A stretch of DNA of 63,277 nt, counting the filler, from Albugo candida (lineage: Eukaryota), in the NCBI GenBank assembly GCA_040437565.1. It is 25 parts of 25 records of this genome, joined end to end, with 100 filler letters (N's around TTAATTAATTAA, not from the genome) between each part and the next. Parts side by side here need not be neighbours in the genome. Positions count along the whole stretch, not along the records: positions 10,572 to 13,087 come from JBDOQK010000291.1; positions 13,188 to 15,702 come from JBDOQK010000292.1; positions 15,803 to 18,315 come from JBDOQK010000293.1; positions 18,416 to 20,923 come from JBDOQK010000294.1; positions 21,024 to 23,494 come from JBDOQK010000296.1; positions 23,595 to 26,030 come from JBDOQK010000297.1; 19 more parts are not named here. One strand, 5' to 3'. The notes under the pieces are model-generated. The model had not been told where the DNA came from. It searched no databases and saw nothing but the letters and a program-made list of their open reading frames with translations. Positions 12,409-24,930 of the stretch are shown here, in pieces; position 1 is the first letter of the stretch; every line of letters starts with the position of its first letter. The translations under genes and the position numbers were made by a program.

Positions 12409-13087
12409 ATGTCTTATCAATATTCATCTTTTGAAGACGACGATACTTTTATTTGCCCTGACTGTAACTTTACATCTACTCAAGACAAACAAATTAATTC
12501 TCATATCAAGCAATGTGTCATTGATCTCGAAAAACAAAATGTCTCCTTTGAAGCACAACCATCTTTTGAGTTCATTGACTATGGTGTTGATTGTGGTGAT
12601 GATAACTTTTCAGTTGCTGGTGAGCTTATTCACGAAAACGTAAGTGATTATCAAATTTTATATTTTTAACTTATGACTAAATTTTTCAAATTAGATCATT
12701 GAAGAAGATGCCGATGACTCTATCGATATACTCCGTTATATCCCGGACCAATCTAAAGTCAAAGCATATATCAAGACAGGATTGCGTATATATTATAAAT
12801 ATATAACATCAGCAATGACCCTTGACGCCTGCAACACTGTTTACTCTATCGTGAAGTCTACTTTAATTGAAACAAAGCAAGAAGAATTGACAACAATTTA
12901 TGATAAATTACGTAAGTAGTTAGAATGGTTGATAACTTTCTTTCAATGACTAACAAATTTTTATATTTATAGGCATAAGCGGTGATATGGCTGGTTCTGC
13001 TTCTCAAAAAGCCACTGAACGTCAAATCAAAAAGGAAATCAAAAACATCAAGGTTTTGAGTTACGACCGTTCCGCTACTCTTGTAAC
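12409..13087 (+). CDS. Spliced protein with N-terminal C2HC/C2H2-like zinc finger, truncated; possibly a CACTA- or Plavaka-type transposase N-terminus
   Basis: FICPDCNF..QINSHIKQC; introns 12640-12694 and ~12912-12972 keep the frame open to the contig end (..KVLSYDRSATLV). No catalytic domain is reached. Confidence 0.55.
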
Positions 13088-13187
13088 NNNNNNNNNNNNN
13101 NNNNNNNNNNNNNNNNNNNNNNNNNNNNNNNTTAATTAATTAANNNNNNNNNNNNNNNNNNNNNNNNNNNNNNNNNNNNNNNNNNNN

Positions 13188-14453
13188 ATTCAGAAACTGC
13201 TGCTCGTTCATGGTCGATGGAGCTATCTCCGTCTGTCAAAAGTGGTGCATTACATTTTGTATGCGAATTTCACGTTATTCTCTGTAGCGTATCTTCAGAG
13301 TGCGATTTGGGGATATCATAATGCGTCAGTGTATTGGGAAACCTCGATCCATTTGTATTCGACGCTGTTTATCACTCTTCCAATTCTGACGGTCGCCATT
13401 TTGGATCAGGACGTGTCGGCTGATGTATTGATGGAACATCCTTTTTTGTATCGGAAATTCGCATCACAGAATCTGATTAGCATTTCGACGTGTTTCGGAT
13501 GGTTTGCGGCTGCAGTCTACGACGCTGTCGTAATCATTGTATTCACTTCTGTCGGGTCGGAAAGCTCCGATTCGCGTTTGGAAATGGAGTCGTATGTGGT
13601 CTTACTGATTATTTTCATTATCAATGCCAAGCTTTGCTTTTTGGTCAACACGTGGACACTGTTATTGCTTGGTGTCTGGGCTTCAAGCGTGATGTTTTGG
13701 CTCATGATTGCGACTTCCGGCGCTTATATACCGTTTGTTGTGCATCGGGATGTTCGGATGGAAGGATTTGGCGCATTTTGGCTCGTTATGTCGTGGAATC
13801 ACTTCCTTGGCCTTGTTCTCGCGTTAAGTATCGCTATTGTGAGTGGAATCGCGTGGAATCAATGCAAGAGCTTTCTTCATGCTGGAACACGTCCGGAAAT
13901 ACCTCAAGCTGCTCCAAAAGTGTCAGTAAAAATGCGTCGACTTTCTGTACCGGAGCTCGAGGAGCACACGGTTTCCATGTCATTGGATCACGTATCAGCG
14001 CTTTATACGAGCACAGAATCTCCACATGTGAAGCCCAATACATCAGCAGAATATTTCTCTGACGCGATATCATCTGTGAAGGAGCCAAATCGACTGAAGA
14101 AGGGATCAAAGAGCAAGACGCGAGGTCGAGTCGCTTCGACAATTCACGAGCATGTGGAGAAGAAAAGCGATTCAATTGAGCAGTATTGTCGAGTGACCAA
14201 GACAAAGGACAATGGAAAGACTATTTCAACGTGTCAGGTGGAAGGGTCTGAGTCAGATCAATTAGAACAAAGCTTTTCTGTGAGTGTGTACAGCTCGTCC
14301 ATCGTACCGACAAGCTCGGCATTTGAGAAATTATCAGTCTCACAACGATCAAAGGGATCTTCGTACCCGTATCGAAGCTCTCCATTTAGTTGCGAGGAAG
14401 ACACGATATTGACCGAGTCGTATGTTTTCAGGTCGGGTTCAAAGCGTGTGTAG
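13188..14453 (+). CDS. P4-type ATPase (phospholipid flippase), C-terminal membrane domain and tail; 5' truncated
   Basis: QKLLLVHGRWSYLRLSK, LYSTLFITLPILTVAILDQDVSADVLMEHPFLY and several TM helices, the conserved P4-ATPase C-terminal pattern. Frame is open from the contig start. Confidence 0.92.
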   Translation: MQKLLLVHGRWSYLRLSKVVHYILYANFTLFSVAYLQSAIWGYHNASVYWETSIHLYSTLFITLPILTVAILDQDVSADVLMEHPFLYRKFASQNLISISTCFGWFAAAVYDAVVIIVFTSVGSESSDSRLEMESYVVLLIIFIINAKLCFLVNTWTLLLLGVWASSVMFWLMIATSGAYIPFVVHRDVRMEGFGAFWLVMSWNHFLGLVLALSIAIVSGIAWNQCKSFLHAGTRPEIPQAAPKVSVKMRRLSVPELEEHTVSMSLDHVSALYTSTESPHVKPNTSAEYFSDAISSVKEPNRLKKGSKSKTRGRVASTIHEHVEKKSDSIEQYCRVTKTKDNGKTISTCQVEGSESDQLEQSFSVSVYSSSIVPTSSAFEKLSVSQRSKGSSYPYRSSPFSCEEDTILTESYVFRSGSKRV

Positions 14454-15802
14454 AGGGTAACACGTGAAGGTGACGTCCGAGGAAGAGATGGATTCGATAG
14501 TAAATGTGTAACATAGTGAGATTGTGCGTGTGGGACAATAAAATGATCTTGTTGTCGTACTGTCAGAGAGATTGATTGGGTCGGGTGGGAGTCTTCTGTA
14601 CGGCTTATAATAAATATCCATTGGATTTGAAGATTCAAATAATATTCACACGGTCAAGTGCTGATAATAGGAGAAGGAAGGTAGTTAAAGAACCAGATAA
14701 ACAGTGCAATGGAATTCTTCACCCATAAAGGTCCATCTGTCTCTCTGTTTCATGCACGGGGTTGGTGAAACGTCATTTGGATTGCTGCATTTACAAAATG
14801 TGAACGTGATAATAGCAAGTGTCATGGACATGGATGCAGTTGTCAAACGCGATCGAAGGTACAGTACCGATTGATATTTTCCTGGACTTTGGAACAGGGG
14901 AATTCATATTTCATTGGCACCATTTGATTGCGCTGGAATGTCTGAGCTGAAACTTCTCGTAAGCATATCCTGTAAACGTATTTCCAGCTACGTATTGTAC
15001 GACATCGATGCTCACCATTATGATTTCTCCACATTGAATTATCTAATCCCAAAAGATGTGAAGGCTTGATATATTCCATCAAGTTCCATCCACTAAAAAG
15101 GCCTTACAACGATCAGCTCGGTCGATAAGAACACTGTGAGACACTGAGAAGGTATTATTCAACATCGTGTTCCTCGACTGATGTAACATTGTCTTCCAAG
15201 GTGCTCAATCGTTAGCTCAAATACGCAGTACTCCATCACACCTAAGAGATGGGTACATCAAATTTGGAGACTGAGAAGGTGTATACAATACAGCTGCAAG
15301 ATTGTCAGCATGGAAAATCACTGATGATACATTATCAGGTCCTTGACGACGTCTTTAATCTCCATGGGGTAGCAAGGAGTTTCTTTGAATGCAATGCGCA
15401 CCATGTCAGCTTAATGAAAGTATGTCTATCTGGAAGCCGAACTTGCTTTCAATCTCTCGACACGTACTCCAGCTCAGTATCCTGTCGACCCAGCGCAAAC
15501 ACATGAATGAAGCATAAACAACAACCCAAATGAAAGTTCCACAAGTCGAGCCTCCCCCCAACTTACCAAAATTGTTCTGTTTGGATTGCAACATGCCGAG
15601 ATTCACGGTGGAGATCATTTATGAAGAGACAATGCACGCATGACGGGGCAGATTTACCGCGACTTTACAATAACTCGACCAACTTCAAAATGCAGTTGCT
15701 ACNNNNNNNNNNNNNNNNNNNNNNNNNNNNNNNNNNNNNNNNNNNNTTAATTAATTAANNNNNNNNNNNNNNNNNNNNNNNNNNNNNNNNNNNNNNNNNN
15801 NN

Positions 15803-17261
15803 ATCAAGAGAATGGACTGGAAGCGCAAAGGAACTCGCTGTACCAAAATCGATGAAAATCAAGAATTCAGAAAAGAATTTACACCAACTAAAGCTGAAAA
15901 AGAGGACCCGATGACGCCAAAACGACGCAGCACATCTCAATTCGGAAAAAATGGATTGCATCGATACTCTCCAACAAGCAGTGATACACTCTCCTTCGAA
16001 TCAACTGAGACGGAGAAGAAAAACCGACTGAATGGTTCACCGTTTGCAAGAGTCGATTCAGGCACTCGCAGCTCCATAGGATATCGTATCTCGAATCCCG
16101 ACGAAATGATTTGCCGGCGCTCCACTTTCAAAAATAAATTGAGCCAACATTTTCGCCTTTTGGAGAGAAAAATTGAGGAATTGGAGTTAAAATGCAAAGG
16201 TCTCGAGTCATTGGTTTTGGTCAGTCTCAATGAGAAGAAGACATTACACAAAAGCGAAAGGAGGCGTCGATGGTCACAGTCTGATCTCTTACGACAAAAT
16301 AGCCACAAGAATGATGGTACTCACCTTATCGACGCAAATTTCGATGTCGACAATGTAGAAATGATCCTCGAGGGACTTCAGCAGCAAATGGATTCATTGC
16401 GCCAATCGCTTCATTCGACTCGTTCGCAGAAAGAAAGTATCACAAATCCACTGATTGTTCAACAAGAAATGAATGGAAATAGGGACAATCGTGCAACATT
16501 GACTCAACTGGGGTTCCCGGGACGAAGCAGAAGACGAGGTATCCATCGAAGTCGACTCACAGAACCCGACTTGCGACATCCTCATACTGGGGACATTGAA
16601 GCAGACACTGAAGAGAATATTGACAGTAGCCGAGGCACTGCAACTACATCGGGTGTGCTGGTTCCATCTTCGAGCAATTCATTGTCTTCGCTGACGACTC
16701 CTCTGCCTCTGTCGGTTTCAACAATTACCCCACGGCTTTTCCGGATATCCAATTGGGCGCGAAGTGTCAAATGTTATCAGTGCTTGGAACCATTCACTCT
16801 TTTCACTCGTCGACATCATTGTCGTCTTTGCGGGAAATCTTTCTGTAACGGTATGTTTGATATCATATTATTGTCAAGTGAAATTGTAACGTTGTTTTTT
16901 TGTAACAGAGCACTCGAGTCGACGTGTGTCTGTGTTTGGAGTCGGATATGACGATGAACCGGTTCGGGCGTGCGATGGATGCTTCAGTATGTATTACTTC
17001 AGTCTGACACAACGCATGCCGGCGGATGTCACGTTACAAAATCGACTACCAATGCAAAGCCAAGTATGGCTTAATGGACCGAGAATCTCCCTTTCATCAT
17101 CATCGGAATCCAGCATTGAATCCGTACATACGCAAGGAGAAGCGTGCTCTGACGACGCGATTTGTGCGCAAGCGCGTCAACGGGCTATGACTGCAAGCGA
17201 CAAAGGTTGTCAAAGCGATGAAGATATACAACGAAATCGATCGTCTTCCTTCCGATTCTAA
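15803..17261 (+). CDS. FYVE zinc-finger protein with coiled coil (possibly 5' truncated)
   Basis: W..CYQCLEPFTLFTRRHHCRLCGKSFC; intron 16851-16908 restores EHSSRR..PVRACDGC, completing the FYVE finger. Confidence 0.9.
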
Positions 17262-17309
17262 ATCATTAACCGATAGACTGTGGTATATATCACTTACTAT
17301 CTGGACAGC

Positions 17310-18245
17310 TTATTTTGCAAGAAGATCTTCTAGAAAAGCATCAGCCAATTTTGAAGCAATTCCAGATTCTTCCGACGCGACCGGAAGCGAAATCAGATCC
17401 TTTTTGATATGGAGCGGGTCGTTATCAGTCTGCAGAGTGTCATTTCCTGAAGCGTATAGCTTTTCTAATCGTTTTCGCTTGTTTGCCTTCCTATCAGTTA
17501 TGTTAGAATGTGCTTTTCGTACACTTTGATGTATCTCTTCCAAATGTTGCTTCTCGTCAGTCCGTAATCGCCGTTCCCATTGCGAAACTACAAAGCTAAA
17601 ATGGTCCACATCGCTTGCTTTCATATCGTTTTTGCTTTTCTTTGTCGCTTCTACATACTCGAGATATTCTTTGCTCTCTTTCTTCAACTTGCGCGAGCGA
17701 CCAAATTCATCGAGGATAGTGACATACTCGTCATTCAAGTCCAACTCCATTGCACCACTCATGTCGTCTTCATTGAGTGTCTTGGATTTTGACTTAAAAT
17801 CGACCAAACATTCCGACAAGAGCACTTGATCTTGCTCGCTAGTTGCGCGGTGACCTCGACTCATGGCGTCATACAATCTCGCTTTCCTTTCCAAAATGCA
17901 CCGCGACTTTTCTTCCCATACTTTGACATCGTCTTTCATTCGTTCTTCGCTTTCAATTGCTTCATCGCGCAATTGCCGATCTTTGATGTTGCGATTGCCT
18001 TTTGTATCATGATTACCTTTTCTTATTTTTGCGTGAGATTGTGCTTCTTTCCGTAATTTCCAATTTGTTGTTTTGAACCGTTTGCGCGTGTCGGAATTTG
18101 TTCCAAAATGCTGCTTTCGCTCCTGCCGCTCTTTTTCTTTACGAAATACGAGTGCTTTTAGATCGACTATTGATTTTGAATCGACTTGAATCGCTTTAGC
18201 TTTAGAGGGGACAAGGGCCGACTCGGTTAGGAATCCTAACGACAT
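17310..18245 (-). CDS. CCDC174: CCDC174 / DUF4078-like coiled-coil protein
   Basis: SIVDLKALVFRK, LERKARLYDAM, LVDF and YVTILDEFGRSR match blocks I recall from this family. Intact 311-aa ORF convergent with the FYVE gene, 48 bp apart. Confidence 0.75.
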   Translation of the reverse strand: MSLGFLTESALVPSKAKAIQVDSKSIVDLKALVFRKEKERQERKQHFGTNSDTRKRFKTTNWKLRKEAQSHAKIRKGNHDTKGNRNIKDRQLRDEAIESEERMKDDVKVWEEKSRCILERKARLYDAMSRGHRATSEQDQVLLSECLVDFKSKSKTLNEDDMSGAMELDLNDEYVTILDEFGRSRKLKKESKEYLEYVEATKKSKNDMKASDVDHFSFVVSQWERRLRTDEKQHLEEIHQSVRKAHSNITDRKANKRKRLEKLYASGNDTLQTDNDPLHIKKDLISLPVASEESGIASKLADAFLEDLLAK

Positions 18246-18415
18246 ATTATCGATATAGCGTTACTTTCTGTAAACAGGTATAATATTATGGAGTGATATA
18301 AAGTCATGGAGCATTNNNNNNNNNNNNNNNNNNNNNNNNNNNNNNNNNNNNNNNNNNNNTTAATTAATTAANNNNNNNNNNNNNNNNNNNNNNNNNNNNN
18401 NNNNNNNNNNNNNNN

Positions 18416-19810
18416 TGTGCATGTGTTCCAGTATGGATTCACGAAAGACGATTAAAATACAGTCTATAGTGAGAAAAGCCACGACTGTCTTCACATCTTC
18501 TGGTAATCCTTATGGCGACGAACGTTTTAATTAGAAGCCAATCAGGCTACTTCAGCAGCAGAGGAGGAAAAGTGGATATGGTATAAACGCATTCAGATGA
18601 TTATAACAGGATTTGTGCATGTGTTCCAGTATGGATTCACGAAAGACGATTAAAATACAGTCTATAGTGAGAAAAGCCATGACTGCCTTCACATCTTCTG
18701 GTCATCGCGATGGCGACGAACGTGCTTTTTGAGAATCCAATCAGGCTATTTCAGCAGCACAGGATCAAAAGTGGATATGGTATAAACGGATTTAGATGAA
18801 TCTTACAGGATTCTGAAATACAGTTCCGTATCATGGATGCTTGAAGATGATTGAATTCGTGACTTTAGTGAGAGTAGTCACGGTATTTTTCATATCTTAT
18901 GTTAAGCTCGATGATGACTTACGTTCTTTTTGAGCAGAGAATCTGGTTTCTAATAGTGCAGGATCAAAAGTTGATATGATATAAGGGTTTAGAGTGATCA
19001 TAACACGATTTGAAATTACAGTTCCGGGTCATGAATGCACGACACACGTTTTGCATAGTATGAGAGAAGCTAGCAATTATTCCGCATCCTATGGTTTTTG
19101 TCTATGACGACTTACGTTCTTATTGAGAAGTCAATATTGATCATGCCAACAGCACAGGAGCAATGGTTGTTATAACACAAACGATTTTAAATGATTATAA
19201 CAAGATTTGCAAATATAGTTCTGTATCATGGATGCGTTGTACTTATTCCATCAACTTGAAATGCCAGGATTGTTTCCGCACCCAAGGCTTTACGTTCTTG
19301 TTGAACGCACAATCCGGACCGTTACCGCAGTACAGGAGCCAAAGTTGATATAGTATAAACGAATTTAGATGATCATACCAAAATTCGCAGATATAGTTCC
19401 GTATCATGGACACACAAAGGACGATTTGATTAGTTTAACATGTGAGAAAAGCAAAGACTGTTTTCGCGTTCTATGGTATAATACTTTGTCACTTCACGTT
19501 CTCATTGAGGTGACATCTTCAATTGTTCTAGTACACGAGACCCCATGTTGATATAGTATGAACGGTTCAGATGATGATTAGAAGATTTGAAATATACTTT
19601 GCTACGTTAGATTCACGGAAGCTTTTCTCCGTATTCTGACAGTAGAGATAAGTCTCAACTGTTTCCGCATATTGTGGCAATCGCAAGCATGCCTTTACGT
19701 ATTCATTCCGGAGTCAATTGTGACCGTTCCAGGAATAAAGCATCTCATATTGATAATCTTCAAACGTATTTGGAAGAGTACAAGCGGATTATCCGAAATA
19801 CCCAAATTTG
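18416..19810. repeat. Satellite array, ~198-199 bp unit, about 7 progressively diverged copies
   Basis: Units start at 18416 and 18614. Landmarks (GTTCC.TA, CATCTT.TGG, TTACGTTC, CAGGA.CAAAAG.TGATAT..TATAAACG) recur at ~200-bp spacing. Confidence 0.85.
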
Positions 19811-20299
19811 CTGAATTTTTCATGAAATACCTTCTATCTAATACAACAACTCAGAACAGTCACCGACTGCGTTGTTAGCAGAAACGTACTCTGAAAAAAC
19901 CATAGTGTACACTTATTTGTTCTCATGATAGCGAGGGTATCTATGGTGTACTTTTCGTGCTTACAATGATTGTGAGCATCGTTATGATATTTATTTGCAA
20001 GCCGAGAAACATTATGAAAATACTGGTGAGCACCTTGATGTAACGAAGTAGATGGTGGTTTCAAAAAGCATCATAGTCTAAATATCTTTCGGGAGCGCAT
20101 ATAATCACACACCCCTTTGATTATTATCCCACCTCCCCCACTCAGGAGCCAATAAAATCATTCCGTATCAGTTTCACCAATCACGTAATTAATATGATAT
20201 TCATTGATTTCAATTCTTCAACAACGCTCGCTGACATCCACGACGCATGCACCGCAGTGCGAAATACATCAAACGCGTTCTATTCCCGCCTCGAAGTCG

Positions 20300-20923
20300 C
20301 GGAGAGTGATGTCAATAGCTTGCAACCTCATAGAAAAGCTCTCTACTCAGTAGATGATCGCTCAGGGTTCGGGAAGGTTCACTTAATATGCCTTTCGTAT
20401 TTCTTGAACTTCCGCTTTGGTTGCTGTGATGCTTAAACATCCGCAAAAAGAGATGGTTTCCGGCTCGCTGATCGCTGCGATCCTGAACGGGGACGGCCGC
20501 GTGCATAAACTTCATTTGGTTCGTCAGCTTCGAAAATTTTCGGAGCATTCAAGCCTACCAGTGCTGTCTGTAGCCGCTTTTGCTGGTGCGGATCCATTTC
20601 TGCATGGTGACGTACAATTGATTCGGAAGTTTTTCCGATCACGTGTCCCACTGGTGCAGGATCTTGATGAAGTGGCTGCTCCAACCAGCAATGGTGGTCA
20701 AAGTCAGAAGCCGATAGCGAAGTGGCGTTTGCTATCATCTCCCGCAGCTTATGCTCGCAGGTTAGTCCCATTGACTTAGCAAAGACCCCAAAACACAATG
20801 TCAGGGGAGCAGGTTGTATGGCAAGGTTGTACTTTCCGTGCACCTAAAACATCAAAGTTTCAGCACGTGGATAAATAAAGGGAAGGATTGCTCTCACTTG
20901 ATTTGCATTTATTACCTTGAACA
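20300..20923 (-). pseudogene. Decayed MULE/FAR1-type transposase C-terminus
   Basis: CFGVFAKSMGLTCEH..DFDHHCWL (SWIM-like) and VYARGRPRSG..ASRKPSLF, with in-frame stops. Confidence 0.7.
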
Positions 20924-23900
20924 NNNNNNNNNNNNNNNNNNNNNNNNNNNNNNNNNNNNNNNNNNNNTTAATTAATTAANNNNNNNNNNNNNNNNNNNNN
21001 NNNNNNNNNNNNNNNNNNNNNNNGTACTTCTTCGGGACTATAGACCGTTACCTCATTCTGCTTCTGTACCTTTTCGGCGCTGATAATTGTATCCCTCCGA
21101 TGTTCGTCGACCTGACGTGCTTCAGCTTCTGTAGTGGACACGCATCTTCTTCACGCGAGCTTACTCCTCTTACATGACCGCGATTTTTTGCATCCATAAT
21201 ACTGAAACTTCTATCATCCTGATCAGATTGGTGCCCCTCTGAGCTCCTATCCAAAGCAGTTTCTCGAATAACAAGCCCGGGCTCTGTATCCGCAGTAGTT
21301 TGTTCATCGCTTTATTAACTTCAATTTCGCTCTCACGTAAAAAAAAACACTTCATAGCGGGGGTTCACTGCAGCTGAATGATCCCATTTTTGTGTCTATT
21401 TCCGTTTTCTTTCTTCTTTAAGTTTTTGTATGCGGTGTTATTTTTCTTGAAGCTTTTACCGTGCTAATAATCGCTTATACGCCATCTGGCTTTGGTTCTT
21501 GTGCTAGATAATCTACTTGAATTTCGTTGTTCTTCCTTGATGGCTTGCTGTTGCGTTTGGCTTGCTCTACATCTCAATTCTGGATGCATAGAGGAAATCA
21601 CAAAGCTGTTTGGCGTATTTCGAAGGACGTCTTTCAAAGGACATCTTTATTTTTTCAAGACTTTACACGTTCTCTTGGCTTGTCATTCATCGAATGTCGC
21701 TCGAACTGCTTTGATCGGTTTAAATTTGTAATTTGTTGATCCACTACGGGTGAAATTGAAGAGTCTTCGTCTGATGTCAATGAAGTGTCAATGCGCATCA
21801 CTCCTAGCGACTCACGCAGTATTGACGGGAAGCGTATTTCGATAATTTACGTCGTCAGCTGCAAGAGTGAGCGTTTCAAGCAGAAGTTGTAAATTCGTAG
21901 ACATTTTCGTAGCTCTTCATAGACGTGGATAGATTTCCTTGTAGCTTTTAATAATTGTATTCCAGAATCTTCGCTCATATTATTATTTGTCTAAGGTTTA
22001 GATGGAACATGATCACTTCCAGCCCGAGGTGATTTTTCCTAATATTGTGATCAAAAGAAGTCTTCTGATTGCAATCTCAACACTACAATCTAAATTCTCA
22101 GTTATCATTCAGCTTCCATCCTTTTACATTTTCCAGACCATATACGCACTTGATCACGATACTGCAATGATCAAGACATCCAATTTTGGCGTGAGATTTT
22201 ACTTCACGATAACAGTCAAGAATGTGCGTATGATGCAACGCGTAATGGCTAATTCTCGTGTCTGTTTGTGCATAATGTCACTTTTGTACTGCAGCCATAA
22301 CATTTCGAGTTCTTTCTTTGCTCTTGCTATAATGATACGTTTGTATTCGGTGCAAGATCGGGTGAACTTCGTAGCTTAGCTTTTTCACCTCGATATGGGC
22401 AATTGATAAGTTGGAAGTATCTCTTTGATTGATGACGACGCATTTTTGCGTAATTATATGCTACCGTCATAATTGCAATCCATCGCATCTCTCATATCGC
22501 AAACTATGGATGATAAATTGGCAATTATTGCTTCATTTCTAAAGCTGTTACATGTTTAAATTCTCGTCTATGGAAGCACTACGAGACATTACAATCTAAA
22601 TGAGGCAAGCTTGTGGCAATCATTTGGCTAGAGTGGAGAGTGCCTCAATCTTAATTAACAGCATAGCTGTCGATCCTTTGATGCGTGGGGATCATTTTTG
22701 AAGTTCCAGTAGAAATAACTTGCTGACCAGATCCTGATGACACACGCAGTATTGTATGCATCGTAATCGATATTAAACGTGCCCACTGACAAAATGAACT
22801 CTAGCTAATTTGACATGTCTTGCGTTCAGAAAACAAATGATGATTGTATACCATGCTTAGCATGAGTTGCTTCCATTAGAATGAAATGTTACTTTGCTTA
22901 TGAGGTTGGAACGATTGCGGCATGCGCATGTATCATGGAATATCATGTATATGTGTCGATATTCCAAGGTAGCCTTGATAGTTGAGGAAGTCCGTTATTC
23001 TAATTCTGTCTATAAAAACGCCTTCTACTGATACCATTGACGCAAGAAGCGCATATCCTGTGAGGTATGATGAACTCCGCAACGTGCACTCTCTTCAGCA
23101 GCTATATATTGCAGGATTTCACATCCAACTTCTATCAAAAACTTATTTGAAACTCAAGAAATTAGTCGCGCAAAAAGTGCCACGAGAGCTATGTTTTGTC
23201 ACTATCGAGAACCCATTTATAACAGAAGCGTTTGTGGAGTTCTTCTTGTGTCTTGCGTCTTGTGTCTTCGTCGTGCAAACGCTATGAAAACCCAACGTGT
23301 ATTCCTTTTTTTTAAACAATCACACACGACATAAGACCTGCATCGAAATTAATCAAAAGCTTGAAGGCGCCAGGGATGGCTTCAGTCCTTCCCATGTGAT
23401 TCATTCCGACTTCAACCTATCGTTTTTAGCATTGTAAGGCCTCCGCTGGATCAAGCAGAGAAAGCAGCGGAATTAACGTAGTCGAGTTCGCTAANNNNNN
23501 NNNNNNNNNNNNNNNNNNNNNNNNNNNNNNNNNNNNNNTTAATTAATTAANNNNNNNNNNNNNNNNNNNNNNNNNNNNNNNNNNNNNNNNNNNNAAGGTA
23601 CAAGCATTGTTTTTCAGAAGTCTCCGGTCTTTCTAAAATTAAAGGTTATCAAATGGACATCACTACACTTGAATTTAGGCTGTAAGAAAAAACTCATATT
23701 TAGGAACTGGTTGGAAGTAAAAACTCATTATGAGTTTTATTTTGGGGGGTCAAACTAAAACCAATTTGGAATTAGTGTCACCTTAGTGTAACAGTGTATA
23801 TAGTTCACTCTCAGAATAAATCATATTCCGCATTTTGTAATACACTTTTGGTAATAATTATTTTGATAAAAATGGTTTTTTATTATTGAAATAGGGGGAT

Positions 23901-24049
23901 GGGAATGATATATACTACATTAATACTACTTTATATATACAATAATGGTCATAAACAATGCAATAGACATTGTTAAAACCATTTATTGCTCACTATACTT
24001 ACCTTACTGCCAATTTCAGTAGGCGGGAATATCGTTGGGGGCTGATAAT

Positions 24050-24180
24050 ACTAGGCACTATTGCAGGGAATACTAGGTTGGATTGCTATTGCCAGTAAAC
24101 AGGATTTATATCACCAGTAACTAGGATTTCTATTGCCACTAGTCAGGAATTTTATTGCCAGTAGTCAGAGTTGCTTTCAC
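24050..24180. repeat. Degenerate ~22-bp minisatellite
   Basis: AGGATTT.TATTGCCAGTA-like unit repeated about 5 times. Confidence 0.6.
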
Positions 24181-24657
24181 TTGTATATACAACAGAGATG
24201 AAACTACCTACAAAAAATTATTGTTAGATCGATGGTAGATAAATAACAAACGATTGATATCAATACCTACAATATTCCAGCAGGCACTATTAGATGAGCA
24301 TCAAGTCTAACAAGAGAATAGAGATAGCCTAGAGTGGCACATCAGACAACAATGGATAGAAACACATGATGAAGAAATATCTATTTATAAAAAGTAAATG
24401 TTAGTAAAGTCAATTTCGATATACAGAACAAGAAAAATATTTACCATAAAAGCCAAGCACAACCGGACATTTCTATAACAGAAAACAGGATAAGTACAAA
24501 TGATTATACCGACACAATAAAAACTTACCAAGAAATATAGTACAGGATAAAACAGATGCTAGAGCCAATTAAATAATATTAATAAAAGGAAACAAGTAAT
24601 AGTTCAAGTCACCTACCTTAATAAGACGACAATAGATTTCAGAGAAGTCGGCCAAGT

Positions 24658-24930
24658 ACTACAAAAAAAACGTAGGTTAGAAACATTGAGTTAAATAACC
24701 AAGTGACACTGTTTATCCTTTATACCCGTAAATTGTAAGACCACTAGTACGTCTTCTTCCACCAGGAAAGGACCTTTTATAACTCGGTATACTACAAAGA
24801 AAATCTATGTTAGAAACATTGAGCTCAATAATTAAGTGACACTGTTTACCCTTTACACCATCAGTTAAAAAACCATCCGTGCGTCTTCTTCCACCGGGAA
24901 AAGACCTTTTATGACTCGATATACTACAAA
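24658..24930 (-). repeat. Tandem duplication (~132 bp x2) of an exon-plus-intron unit
   Basis: actacaaa..gttagaaacattgag..aagtgacactgttta.ccttta..cgtcttcttccacc.ggaaa.gaccttttat.actcg.tat occurs twice. Confidence 0.85.

Noticed and set aside
14640-15702. Possible minus-strand gene downstream of the flippase
   Set aside because: Could not assemble a consistent spliced frame or motif.
21024-23494. Degenerate minus-strand coding remnant
   Set aside because: Many stops and no identifiable domain.
23595-23798. Possible transposon end ..GTAACAGTG|TA
   Set aside because: No partner TIR, subterminal repeats or transposase in the contig.
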